Shown piece by piece: positions 38,371 through 51,270 of a stretch of 60,000 bases of DNA. The notes under the pieces are model-generated. The model was not told the DNA's origin, did no database searches, and saw only the letters and a program-made list of their open reading frames with translations. The stretch spans positions 70,434,001 to 70,494,000 of the forward strand of contig NC_086108.1 in NCBI RefSeq assembly GCF_963921235.1. The letters run 5' to 3'. The translations under genes were made by a program, and so were the position numbers. The stretch's first letter is position 1, and every line of letters begins with the position of its first letter. The DNA comes from Mobula hypostoma. Lineage: Eukaryota.

Positions 38371-39971
38371 CAATGCCTATTAAAGTATTCCTCCCCCTTC
38401 CCTGCAAGTTTTCATGTTTTATTGTTTTACAACATTGAATCACAGTGGATTTAATATGGCTTTTTTGACACTGATCAACAGAAAAAAAGACTCCTTTGTG
38501 TCAAAGTCAAAACAGATCTCGATAAAGTGATCTAAATTAATTACAAATATAAAACGCAAAATAATTGATTGTACAAGTGCTCATCTCATTCAAGTCAGTA
38601 TTTAGTAGACACAGCAACTACAGCCTTGAGTCTGTGAGGATTGGTCTCCATCAGCTTTGCATACCCGGACACTGCAATTTTTTCCCCACTCTTCTTCACA
38701 AAACTGCTCAGATTGCATGGGGTTAGTGAGTGAACAGCCCTTTTCAAGTCCAGTCACAAATTCTCAATTGGATTGAGGTCTGGACTCCAACTTGGCCACT
38801 CCAGGACATTAACTTTGTTGTTTTTACGCCATTCCTGTGTAGCTTTGGTTTTATGTCTAGGATCATTGTCTTCTGGAAAACAAATCTTCTCCCAAGTCGC
38901 AGTTCTCTTGCACAAGGCATCAGTTTTTTCTCCAGGATTTCCCTGTATTATGCTCCATTCATTTTACCCTCTGCCTTCACAAGCCTTCCAGGGCCTGCTG
39001 CAGTGAAGCATTCCCACAGCATGATGCAGCCACCACCATGCTTCACAGCAGGGATGGCGTGTTTTCTCATGAGGTACAGTGCTTGGCTCACACCAAAATA
39101 GCATTTAGTCTGATGGCCAAAAGGCTCAATTTCGGTTTCATCAGACCATAGATCCTTCTTCCAGCCGAGTCTCCCACATTCCTTCCGGCAAACTGTAGCT
39201 GAGATCTCATGTGAGTTTTTTTTCCAACAGTGGCTTTCCGTTTGCCACTCTCCGATAAAGCTGCAACAGGCGAAGCACCTGGGCAACAGTTGTTGTATGT
39301 GCAGTCTCTCTCATCTCAGCCACTGAAGCTTGTAATTCCTCCAGAGTTGTCATAGGTCTCGTGGTACCTCCCTCACTCATCCCCTTCTTGCACGTCACTC
39401 AGTTTTTGAGGATGGCCTGCTCTAGACAGATTTACATCTGTGCCATATTCTTTCAATTTCTTGATGATTGACTTAACTGTACTCCAAGGGATATTCAGTG
39501 ACTTGGAAATTTTCTTGTATCCATCCCAATTTGTACTTTGCAATAACCTTTACCCAGAGTTGCTTGGAGTGTTCCTTTGTCTTCGTAGTGTAGTTTTTGC
39601 CAGGATACTAACTAACCAGCAGTTGGACCTTCCCAATACAGATGTATTTTTACTACAATCAATTGAAACACCTCAAATGCACATGGTAATCTCCATTTAA
39701 CTAATTATGTGGCTTCTAAAACCAACTGGCTGCACGATTGATGATTTGGTGTCATACTAAAGGGGAGTGAATACTTAACATTCAATTATTGTGTGTTTTA
39801 TATTTCTAATTAATATAGATCACTTTGTAGAGATCTGTTTTCATTTTGACATGATCTTTTTCTGTTGATCAGTGTCAAAAAAAGCCAAATTAAATCCACT
39901 GTGATTCAATGTTGTAAAACAATAAAACATGAAAACTTCCAAACGGGGGTGAATATTTTTTATAGGCACTG
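38371..39971 (-). mobile_element. Full-length, decayed Tc1-like transposon with long TIRs
   Basis: ~210-bp TIRs ca(a/g)tgcctat...; LWSDET and KHGGG.IM.W motifs; frameshifted. Confidence 0.92.
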
Positions 39972-40199
39972 TAGATATTTATCAATCAAAAGATATTAAT
40001 GAATACAAGAACAAGATTGATGGGTGAAGTTGGGTCACAGGGAAGCCAATGTTGAAGTGCATGATGAAACAAACTGGAAGAACAATGTGCTTTTATGTTT
40101 AAGATTAAATTAGTGAAAACTAACTTCATACTTCATAATGCTATTAAGACATAATGTTAATATCAACTCTCAAAGGAACAACCCATGACTTCCATTCCC

Positions 40200-40445
40200 T
40201 CTCTCATTTTCCTGTATCACTGTAGCTTATTTTCTCTCTCACACACCCGTCTACTTCCTTTCAGCACTTTCCCCCGAACGATATTAAGGAGTAATTTACA
40301 GTGACCAAATAAACAACCAGCGCATCCTCGGGATGCGAGAGATAACCAGAACACCTGGAAATAATCCACATGATCATACAGACAACACCCGAGATCAGAC
40401 TGAACCAGGGTCCGAGAGCTGCAAGACAGCAGCACCACCTTGCCT
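40200..40445 (-). mobile_element. Degenerate V-SINE/HE1-like SINE
   Basis: tRNA-like head ctgctgtcttgcagctctcggaccctggttc. Confidence 0.6.
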
Positions 40446-40530
40446 GGACAATATTCAAAAACACAAATTTGTTCTGAGAACTAATTTATCATGCAATACT
40501 CATTTTATCCTTTTCAAAATACCAACTTAC

Positions 40531-40634
40531 CAAGAGATCCTCATCATTTTCAAAATCATCATCGTCGTCATTTTCATCTACATCCTTCATGCACTCGTCA
40601 GCCATTTGTTTTATGTGGTCCATGGGCAAAGGTA
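40531..40634 (-). CDS. CC2D1B: CC2D1B exon (PLPMDHIKQMADECMKDVDENDDDDDFENDEDLL)
   Basis: cacag| ... |gtaagt, 104 nt, phase 1->0. Closer to CC2D1B PLPMAHIEKLAADCMRDV than to CC2D1A. Confidence 0.93.
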
Positions 40635-41074
40635 CTGTGATTAGAATGTGCAAGATCAGGGACAGGTCTAGTTTATTCAAATTCTTTTGTTCTCAGATTA
40701 TAGCTTATTGAAATAGCTGTATATCTGGCATATTGTCAGATAATTAATATGACAGAACTCAGAGGGATTTTAATGCAATTATCCTTCACAATACCAAACT
40801 TCATATCCCAGCTGTGGGAAAAATAAATCAACAGTGAATCAGTAGCTTTTCCTGAAGGTTGAATTATATACCAGAGGAAAACAATAGCACTACTCATTTT
40901 CTCTTGAAAAAAAAACAAATCTCCAAAGCTAGCATTAAAGTATAAGCTGCCAAGTTCAAGCTGAAATTTTAATTGTTATTCAACCATACATGCTGATACA
41001 GCTAAACGAAAGTGTTCTTCCGGGGCAACGGTGCAAAACACAGCACATACAGCCACACACAGCACTCATAGTTG

Positions 41075-43655
41075 TAGAATCAGAATCAGGTTTATTGTCA
41101 CCAGCACAAAACGTGAAATTTATTAACTTAGCAGCAGCAGTTCAATACAATGTATAATATAGAAGAAAAAAATAAAATAGTAATAATAATAAGTAAATCT
41201 TATTCAGTATACTTTATACAATATATGTATATTGAATAGACTAAAAATCGTGCAAAAGGCAGAAATAATATATATTAAAAAACTGAGGTAGTGTTCACGG
41301 GTTCAATGCCCATTTAGGAATCGGATGGCAGAGGGGAAGAAGCTGTTCCTGAATCGCTGAGTGTGTGCCTTCAGGCTTCCGTACCTCCTACCTGACGATA
41401 ACAATGAGAAAAGGGCATGCCCTGAGTGCTGGAGATCCTTAATAATGGACACTGCCTTTCTGAGACATGTTCCTTGAAAATATCCTGGATACTTTGTAGG
41501 CTAGTACCCAAGATGGAGCTGATCAAATTTACAACCCTCTGCAGCTTCTTTCAGTCCTGTGCAGTAGCCCCTCCATACCAGACAATGATACAGCCTGTCA
41601 GAATGCTCTCCACGGTACATCTATAGAAGTTTTTGAGTGTATTAGGGATACATCTGTCCCCATAAAATCATTCAGAGTCTTCCTCAACCAGAAGCCCTGA
41701 ATGAGCCATGAGATCCTCAATCTGCTGAGGGCCAGATCAGAAGCATTCAAGTCTGGTGACCAAGAAAGTTACAAGAGATCCAGGTACAATCTCCAGAAAG
41801 CCATCTCACGGGCAAAATTCAATTCCAGACTAAACTTGAATCAACAAAGGATGCTTGGTTTTGTGGCAAGCCACATAGGAGACAACAGGGTTTCACTTCC
41901 AGCTGAGTTCAGTGCCTTCTATGCTCACTTTGACCGTAACGAACTCTCACAGCCACCAAGGATCCTGTGATTTCAGTCTCTGAGGCCGACGTGCAAACGT
42001 CCTTCAGGAGGGTGAACCCACGAAAAGCATCCAGCCCAGACCGGGTACCTGGCCAAGTACTAATCTATGCTGATCAACTGGCTGGCGTGTTCACTGAGAT
42101 CTTTAACCTCTTGCTTCAGCAGTCACCCATCCGCTTCAAGCAGGCTTCAATTATTCTACTGCCTAAGCAGGTAACCTGTCTCAATGACTATCGTCCAGTA
42201 GCATTTACATCTACAGTGATGGAAATGCTTAGACAGATTGGCGATGAAACATCATCTCCTGCCTCAGTAGTGGCTTGGATCCTCTCCAATTTTCCTACTG
42301 GAGCAACAGGTCCACAACAGATGCTATCTCACTGGCTCTTCACTCAATCCTGGAGCATCTGGACAGCAAAGATACATACCTCAGGATGCTCGTTATCAAC
42401 TACAGCTTAGCATTCAAAACCACCGTCCCCTAAAAACTAATCAATAAGCTTTAAGACCTTGGTCTGAATATTTCCTTGTACAATTGGATGCTCGATTTCC
42501 TTACTTGCAGACCCCAGTCAGTGCAGATTGGCAACAACATCTCTTCCATGATCTCCATCAGCACAGGTGCACCACAAGGCTTTGTGCTTAGCCCCCTGCT
42601 CTGCTTGCTTTACACTTATGACTGTGTGGCTGAGCATAGCTCCAATGCCATATTCAGTTTTCCTGATGATACCACTGTCATGGGCCAAATCAAAGGTGGT
42701 GATGAATCAGCATATAGGAGGGAGATTGCAAATCTGGCCGAGTGGTGTCATAACAATAACCTCTCACTCAATGTCAGCAAGACCAAGGAGCTGATTATAG
42801 ACTTCAGGAAAAGGAAACCCGAGGTCCGTGAGCCAGCCTTCAGAGGTCCAGATGTGGAAAGGGTCAGCAACTTTAAACTCCTCAGTGTATCATTTCAGAG
42901 GACCTATCTTGAGCCCAGCACATAGGTGTAATTATGAAGAAAGCATGGCAGTACCTCTACTTCCCTAGCCATTTGCAAAGATTCAGCATGACTTCCATAA
43001 CTTTGACCAATTTCTATAGATATGTGGTGGAGAATATATTGACTGGCTGCATCAAGGCCTGGTACGGAAACACCAAAACCCTTGAATGGAAAATCCTGCA
43101 AAAAAAAAAGACGATACAGCCCAGTCCATTTCGAGTAAAGCCCTCCCCACCATCGAGCAAATCTACACAGAGTGCTGTTGCAGAGAAGCAGCATCCATTA
43201 TCATAGACCCCCACCATGAAAGACATGCTCTCTTCTTTCTGCTGCCATCAGGAAGGTAGCTGGTGCAGGACCCTCAGGACTTACACCTCCAGGTTTAGGA
43301 ACAGTTCCTGCCCCTCAGTCATCAGGCTTTTAAACCAAAGGGATAACTTCATTCAACTTCATTTGCCCCATCATTGAAATGTTCCACAACTTATGGACTC
43401 ACTTTCAAAGACTTTTCATCTCATGTTCTCAATATTTACTGCTTATTTATTTATTATTATTATTTCTTTATGTGTTTTCTTTTTGTTGTCTTGCACACTG
43501 GTTGAATGCCCAGGCTGGTGTGGTCTTTCATCAATTCTAGTATGGTTATCATTCTATTACGGACTTATTGTGCATGGCCACAAGAAAATGAATCTTAGGG
43601 TTGTATATAATGACATATGTATACTTTACTGATGAACTTACTTTGAACTTTGAAC
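41075..43655. mobile_element. Rex/Babar LINE fragments (- 3' end ~41075-41645; + ~41645-43655 with RT)
   Basis: LNDYRPVA.TS, TGAPQG.VLSPLL..LYT.DC, F.DDTT and [14 protein letters not shown] motifs. Confidence 0.85.
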
Positions 43656-44005
43656 ATAATTAAGATAGCACACACCGTTACAAAAAAATAGTATCAGCAC
43701 AAGTCCCGGAATGGCATGGCCTGAAGATTGATGGTGCATGGAATGTTGTCATGGAGCCATGTTTCTACAAGAACAAGTATACAGCAGTTTCTCAACTCAA
43801 GCTGTTCAAACTACATATATGTCACCATATACAACTTTGAGATTCATTTTCTTGTAGGCATACTCACTAAATCTATAGAATAATAACTATATGCCCAATC
43901 AGAGCACAGAAGACAACAAACTGTGTAAATACAAAAAGAACTGAATGTGGGAACATGTCAATGATGAAGCATGTGAAGTTGAATTAAGTTCAACTTAATT
44001 CAATT

Positions 44006-45920
44006 TAAGGGCTTAATTAGGAAAGGGAAAAAAGATTATGAGAGAAAGCTGGCAGGGAACATAAAAACTGACTGTAAAAGCTTTTATAGATATGTGAAAA
44101 GAAAAAGATTGGTTAAGACAAATGTAGGTGCCTTACAGTCAGAAACAGGTGAATTGATCATGGGGAACAAGGACATGGCAGACCAATTGAATAACTACTT
44201 TGGTTCTGTCTTCACTAAGGAGGACATAAATAATCTTCCAGAAATAGTAGGGGACCGGGGGTCTAGTGAGATGGAGGAACTGAGGGAAATACATGTTAGT
44301 AGGGAAGTGCTGTTAGGTAAATTGAAGGGATTAAAGGCAGATAAATCCCCAGGGCCAGATGCTCTGCATCCCAGAGTGCTTAAGGAAGTAGCCCAAGAAA
44401 TAGTGGATGCATTAGTGATAATTTTTCAAAACTCTTTAGATTCTGGATTAGCTCCTGAGGATTGGAGGGTGGCTAATGTAACCCCACTTTTTAAAAAAGG
44501 AGGGAGAGAGAAACCGGGGAATTATAGACCGGTAAGCCTAACGTCGGTGGTGGGGAAACTGCTGGAGTCAGTTATCAAAGATGTGATAACAGCACATTTG
44601 GAAAGCGGTGATATCATCGGACAAAGTCAGCATGGATTTGTGAAAGGAAAATCATGTCTGACGAATCTCATAGAAATTTTTGAGGATGTAACTAGTAGAG
44701 TGGATAGGGGAGAACCAGTGGATGTGGTATATTTGGATTTTCAAAAGGCTTTTGACAAGGTCCCACACGGGAGATTAGTGTGCAAACTTAAAGCACACGG
44801 GATTGGGGAATGGTATTAATGTGAGAATTGGTTGGCAGACAGGAAGCAAAGAGTGGGAATAAACGGGACCTTTTCAGAATGGCAGGCAGTGACTAGTGGG
44901 GTACCGCAAGGCTCAGTGCTGGGACCCCAGTTGTTTACAATATATATTAATGACTTAGACGAAGGAATTAAATGCAACATCTCCAAGTTTGCGGATGACA
45001 CGAAGCTGGGCAGCAGTGCTAGCTGTGAGGAGGACGCTAAGAGGATGCAGGGTGACTTGGATAGGTTAGGTGAGTGGGCAAATTCATGGCAGATGCAATT
45101 TAAAGTGGATAAATGTGAGGTTATCCACTTTGGTGGCAAAAACAGGAAAACAGATTATTATCTGAATGGTGGCTGATTAGGAAAAAGGGAGGTGCAACAA
45201 GACCTGGGTGTCATTGTACACCAGTCATTGAAAGTGGGCATGCAGGTACAGCAGGCAGTGAAAAAGGCGAATGGCATGCTGGCATTCGTAGCAAAAGGAT
45301 TCGAGTACAGGAGCAGGGAGGTACTACTGCAGTTGTACAAGGCCTTGGTGAGACCACACCTGGAGTATTGTGTGCAGTTTTGGTCCCCTAATCTGAGGAA
45401 AGACATTCTTGCCATAGAGGGAGTACAAAGAAGGTTCACCAGATTGATTCCTGGGATGGCAGGACTTTCATATAATGAAAGATTGAATCGACTAGGCTTA
45501 TACTCCCTGGAATTTAGAAGATTGAGGGGGGATCTTATTGAAACGTATAAAATTCTAAAGGGATTGGACAGGCTGGATGTAGGAAGATTGTTCCTGAAGT
45601 TGGGGAAGTCCAGAACAAGGGGTCACAGTTTGAGGATAAAGGGGAAGCCTTTTAGGACTGAGATGAGGAAAAACTTCTTCACACAGAGAGTGGTGAATTA
45701 TCTGGAATTCTCTGCCACAGGAAACAGTTGAGGCCAGTTCATTGGCTCTATTTAAGAAGGAGTTAGATATGGCCCTTGTGACTAAAGGGATCAGGGGGTA
45801 TGCAGAGAAGGCAGGTACAGGGTTCTGAGTTGGATGATCAGCCATGATCATACTGAATGGCGATGCAGGCTCAAAGAGCTGAATGGCCTACTCCTGCATC
45901 TACTTTCTATGTTTCTATGT
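44006..45920 (+). mobile_element. 5'-truncated CR1 LINE nested in a Rex/Babar fragment
   Basis: Long RT ORFs 44094-45731 (PGNYRPVSLTS, YLDFQKAFDKVPH, KFADDTK); (tttctatg)n tail. Confidence 0.95.
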
Positions 45921-46159
45921 GTTATCTCCTTTAATTCAAGAGCCTGATGGTTGAGGAGTAGTAACTCTTCCTGAAGCCGGTGATGTGATTCCTGAGGCTC
46001 TTGTACTTTCTTCCTGATGGCAGCAGCGAGAAGAGAGCGTGACCTGGTTATAAAGGGTCCCTGATGATGGATGCTGCTTCACTGCAACAACATTTTGTCT
46101 AGATATGGCCAATGGTTGGGAGGGCTTTATCCATGATGTACCGTGCTATATCCACTATA

Positions 46160-47225
46160 TCAGATCACCTGGACAATACGAACATCTATGTCAGGATGCT
46201 GTTCATTGACTATAACTGTGTTTAACACTACCATTCTTAACAGCAAAAATCCTACAGTACTGGTCGATAAGCTATGGAACCTGGCCCTCCGTACATCCCT
46301 CTGCAATTGGATCTTCAACTTCCTAACTGGAAGACCACCATCTGTGTGGTTTGGTGAAAATCTCCTCCTCGCTGATGATCAACACTGGCACATCTCAGGG
46401 ATGTGAGCTTAGCCAGCTGCTCTACTCTCTCTCTATGCCAATGACTGTGTGGCTAGGCACAGTTCAAATGGCATCTATACATTTGCTGATGACAGAACCT
46501 CAGATGGAGACGGGAGGGTGTACTGGAGCGAGATATACCAGCCAACAGGGTTGTGTTTCAGCACCAGCCTTGCACTCAACGTATGCGAGACCAAAGAGCT
46601 GATTGTGGACTTCAGAAAGGGTAGGACGAGGATGCACAATCCAATTCCCATAGAGGGATCAGAAGTGGAGTGAGTGAGCAATTTCAAGTTCCTGGCTGTC
46701 AAGATCTCTGAGGATCTAACCTGGTCCTAACATATCAATGCAGTTATAAAGAAGGAAAGGGTGGCTATCTTTCATTAGGAGTTTGAGGAGATTAGGTTTG
46801 TCAAACTTCTACAAATGTACTGTGGAGAGCATTCTGAGTAGTTACATCATCGTCTGGTATAGGGGGTGCGGGGGGGAGGCTACTGCATAAGATCGAAATT
46901 TGATGCAGTAAGTTGTAAAATTGAACAGCTCCATCATGGGTACCAGGCTCCGTAGTATCCAAGACATCTTCAAAGAGCGGTGCCTTGGGAAGGTGGCATC
47001 CATCATTAAGGACCTCCACCACCCAGGGCATGCCCTCTTCACACTGTTACCATCAGGAAGGAGGTACAGAAGCCTGAAGGCATACACATCAGCGATTCAG
47101 AAACAGCTCCTTCCCCTCTGCCATCCGATTTCTAAATGGACATGGAATACATGAGGACTACCTCAACACTTTTTTACTTGCTATTTTGCACTACTTATTT
47201 CAACCTAACTATTTAACAGACACAT
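46160..47225 (+). mobile_element. Rex/Babar LINE 3' fragment
   Basis: YTFADD, LNVCETKELIVDFRK and HPGHALFTLLPSGRRYRSL motifs. Confidence 0.85.
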
Positions 47226-47229
47226 GTAT

Positions 47230-48055
47230 GTTTGGGCAGAGGGCAATGCTTAGTAATGATGGCGCTAAACAGTGACTCCTTTGTTTGCATCTTCAGAAAC
47301 AGCTCTGTTTTTATCTTTGATATCTCTATTTTTCCCTTTCAAGGTTCTTTTGATGACCCTGACCTGGAGTTACACACTGACTTCGGTTCCTTGTGGAAAT
47401 GGGACCCGCTGTCAGGGCCTCTCGACCGGATGCTTCTTGCTGTGCCAAGGACGCGGCCTGGAAGACTAGCATGCCTTCAGGCTGCCGGATTTTCGTGGCT
47501 CTGGAGACGGACTGATTCAAGGCCGGTGCTGCCGCCGAATGATGGATCGTGGGAGTACACGGGAGATCAGAAGCAGCAAGCTGGCTGTGTGCCCAGAGAC
47601 CCGAGTTCTTTGGGCACAGGGCTCGGAAAAAACGACGCAACTGAGTTTTAACACCATAAGTCAGCCAGTTGCTTTGTTATGTCTCTTCTCTCACTGTGAA
47701 ACGGGATCATCTCTTTTTCCCTTATTGGGGAGAGCGAGCGAGCCTGTGGTATGTCGAATTACCAGGTGAACAAGTAGTCTTTGGGGTAAAGCAAGTCTGT
47801 GTCTTTATTGATGCTTTGCTGCACGCTTGAGTGCTCGGTGGAGAGCGCCGATATTTTTTTGCTGGTGGGGGTGGGGGGGTCATTGCCTTGCTGCTGTTAG
47901 TGCGTGGGAGGGGGAGCTGGGGGTGGGGTGCTTTGGGTTCTAACATTTAACTGTCATACATTCTTTGGGGCACTCCTCTGTTTTCATGGATGTTTGCAAA
48001 GAATTTCAGAATGTATATTGTATACATTTTTCTGACATTAAATGTACCTATTAAA
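47230..48055 (+). repeat. Unclassified interspersed repeat with a CpG-rich 5' half and LINE-like 3' tail
   Basis: Compositional shift; ends gaatttcag..tgtatattgtatacatt..tgacattaaatg, like the LINE tails nearby. Confidence 0.45.
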
Positions 48056-48178
48056 ACCTAATGGTGTCAAAATGGTTGCTGTGACGCATTTAGTATAGCA
48101 GTACAGTGGGCAGAGCTTGTCGCTCCCACTTCCAGCTTTGATTGCTGGCTAGTAGTCTTGTGAAAAGGAGAGCTGAAT

Positions 48179-48668
48179 GTGTAATTCTCTCCCTGCCAGT
48201 ACATAGCCCCTCCAACAACAAGCCTCATGTAGTCCCTCTTCGCTGGCGATACACTGAAACCGAACTCCTTTCAGACTCGGGCTGAACTACAGAGGACAGG
48301 GAGGAGGTCTGGCCCCTGCACCTGTAGCACAAGATCCGAACGTGCCCTGGTGTTCATGAACCAGATCCCCAACAATGAGTAAGTAGCCCCACTACTTTGT
48401 GGGCAGCCTCAGGAGAGACGAAGGCTACGGGAGTAAATCCAGACAGCAAATCCGGAGCGGAGCGCCAACGTCATTGAACATCCTTCCAGCACCTCGGCAG
48501 CCAAGCTGGTGCCAATGTATTGCTTCATAAGCTTTCCTTTGGACTACACTGGTGAGGCCGAGAGGGGAATCTTGACGACTGGACATCTCAGGATTTCCAT
48601 ACTTTCCACCCAGGCTGGTAATGATGATGATCATCACCCATTGTCCTTCGAGACAGATGGATGCCAAT
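48179..48668 (+). mobile_element. Non-autonomous RTE-like element (5' UTR plus 3' tail)
   Basis: GC-rich head; ends ccattgtccttcgagacagatggatgcc, which resembles RTE-type 3' ends. Confidence 0.5.
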
Positions 48669-48795
48669 CTTATACATAAGATAACCTGTTTTTTTTCTAT
48701 ATTTATTTATCGTGTATTTCATTGTACTGCTGCTGTAAAGTTAACGGATTTCACTACGTATGCTGGTAATATTAAACCTGATTCTGAGGTGCTAC

Positions 48796-48972
48796 ACACA
48801 TCAAAGGGATTTCAAATCCCTTACTCACTCTTCCTTCAGTTAGTCCTGACGAAGGGTCTCGGCCTGAAACGTCGACTGCACCTCTTCCTATAGATGCTGC
48901 TTGGCCTGCTGCGTTCACCAGCAACTTTGATGTGTGTTGCTTGAATTTCCAGCATCTGCAGAATTCCTGTTG
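48796..48972 (+). mobile_element. Short Penelope-derived insert with a 13-bp TSD
   Basis: TSD tctgaggtgctac at 48783-48795 and 48973-48985; PLE-type tail gatgctgc...ccagcatctgcaga. Confidence 0.85.
48842..48877 (+). ncRNA. Minimal type I hammerhead ribozyme, intact
   Basis: agtc CTGACGA agg-gtctcgg-cct GAAA c GTC gact; helix I agtc/gact, GUC cleavage triplet. Confidence 0.85.
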
Positions 48973-49803
48973 TCTGAGGTGCTACCATGCTTTGCCCACA
49001 ACTGCACAGGGCCCAGGACAGGTACTGCAGAATACCACCACCTAGGAACCGAGGAACTCTCCATCTCTGATCCTCCGATGAGGACTGGATCATGGACCTC
49101 TGCTTTCCTTCTCCTGGTCTATAATCAGCTCCTTGGTCTTGCTGACATTGTGAGAATTTGTTGTTCTGACACCACTCATCCAGACTTTTAATCTCCCACA
49201 ATGGTGTCATCAATTAACCTGAATATGGCATTAGAGCTGTGCTTAACCACAGAGCGGTTTAGTGTGAAACGAGAAGAGCAGGGGGCTGGGCACACAGCCT
49301 TGTGGTGCACTTGTGCTGATGCAGATCGTGGAGGAGATGTTCATCTGCAGACTAAGGCAAATCAGCTTGTCTTGTTCTTTGTCAGCCGCAAGCAAAGACA
49401 ATCCTGCTGGTCTTCCAGGGTTGCAAACCCGATGGGAGGGGCCAGCCTCCAACCCCTGTTCGCTCCCACAGTGCCTCTGGCACCTCCTCCCAGCCTCCAA
49501 CCCAGCGCAGTCTAGAGCACGCTCACTGCACCCCCGTTCTCTCCCACAGTGCCTCCTCCCCTGGGTGGCTGCAACAGGTGATGCTGCACGCAACATAGAA
49601 GCCACAAACCACACAGCTCCCTCAGCTACCAATGAACCAGACTTGCAGTATTTTATATTACCAATGAACAACAGGGTCTTCCAATAGCAATAAAAACATT
49701 TAAGACAAACATTTTCTAATTTATAACACTATATACTGTACAACTTGGCCACTTCAGACATTTTCTAGGAAAAGAGGCTGTGATCAGTTGTTTGAAATGA
49801 TAA

Positions 49804-49978
49804 GCAACACACATAAAAGTTGCTGGTGAATGCAGCAGGCCAGGCAGCATCTCTAGGAAGAGGTACGGTCGACGTTTCAGGCCGAGACCCTTCGTCAGGC
49901 CTAACTGAAGGAAGAGTGAGTAAGGGATTTATGTGTGTTGCTTGAATTTCCAGCATCTGCAGAATTCCTGTTGTTTGC
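49804..49978. mobile_element. Short Penelope-derived insert with a 5' inversion and a 14-bp TSD
   Basis: Inverted part 49804-49930 and forward part 49931-49978. TSD gtttgaaatgataa at 49790-49803 and 49979-49992. Confidence 0.85.
49867..49902 (-). ncRNA. Minimal type I hammerhead ribozyme motif, host-sense
   Basis: aggc CTGACGA agg-gtctcgg-cct GAAA c GTC gacc; core intact, helix I weakened. Confidence 0.75.
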
Positions 49979-50794
49979 GTTTGAAATGATAATTTCTTTT
50001 TTAGCAATCAGATGCAGATCCATTAACTTTATCAGTATCTTCTAATCAAGAGCTCACATGAATGAGTTAAAATGATTTGCATCCACCTAGGATCTGATAG
50101 GAGAACCTTTACACAATTATTGGAAGATGATCACTTCTTCCTCTTCACGACCTCTCCTTCACTTTTTACCAAAGGGTATTTCCTATGTTTAGCTGATTTC
50201 AGACATGCACTGGCACACCCCTATTCCTTGACACCTAGTCTGAGAGAAGGCAAAAAAAAGCTTGAGTATGACCAATGTGACAGCTTTACCAATGCCATTT
50301 CTAAAGGAAATTAAAATTACTATCAGAAAGGTACACAGGTTAATAAGAGTCTTCTCACACATTCATCAATCTTACAAAGGAAAGAGAAATGCACACACGT
50401 TTCCTGTTCTAGTTCTGTCCAACAGTATGCCACAAGTATGGTCACAGTGACATTGTTTCAGCTGTGCTAACTTTAGTAGAAAACATTTATTATAGATCAG
50501 TGGGAAGTACAATTCACAAGTATCTTTCCTAATATGCAAGGAATCTTCTGGTATTTCTCATTCACCAAAACTGGAATTTTGTAACCAATTAATTACATCG
50601 AGTATATCATAAAGTAATTCCAAGAATTTTGTCAAGCAGTAATGTTCAATGCCTCGATTTCTATGGAGTGGTACTGAGAATATTGACAAATATAATCAGA
50701 CAAGGCAGACATGTTCCTGTTCTCCATCTAAAGAATGGTTGGATGACACAGTCTTTTGTTGTCATCATCTATGTTTGCTTCCCCCACCTCCAAC

Positions 50795-51270
50795 TCTTCT
50801 GTTCCGAAAGAAGCTGCAGAGGGTTCTAAATTTAGTTGGCTCCATCTTGGGTACTAGCCTATAAAATGCCCAGGACACCTTCAAGGACCGGTGTCTCAGA
50901 AAGGCAGTGTCCACTATTAAGGACCTCCAGCACCCAGGGCATGCCCTTTTCTCACTGTTACCATCAGGTAGGAGGTACAGAAGTCTGAAGGCACACACTC
51001 AGCGATTCAGGAACAGCTTCCTCCTCTCCGCCATCCGATTCCTAAATGGACATTGAACCCTTGGACACTACCACACTTTTTTAATATATGTTATTTGTTT
51101 TTTGCATGATTCTTAATCTATTCTGTATATGTATGCTGTAATTGATTTACTTATTTATTACTATTATTTTTTTCTTCTTCTATTTTATGTATTGCATTGA
51201 ACTGCTGTTGTTAACAAATTTCAGGACACATGCCGGTGATAATAAACCTAATTCTGATTCTGATTCTGAC
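50795..51270 (+). mobile_element. Rex/Babar 3' end
   Basis: Same 3' region as 46900-47200; (ctgatt)n tail. Confidence 0.8.

Noticed and set aside
32148..45920. Near-identical CR1 segments (32148-33190 and 44880-45920) sharing a TGA stop
   Set aside because: Flanks differ, so these are independent copies of one subfamily, not a segmental duplication. The stop is at a likely CpG hotspot.
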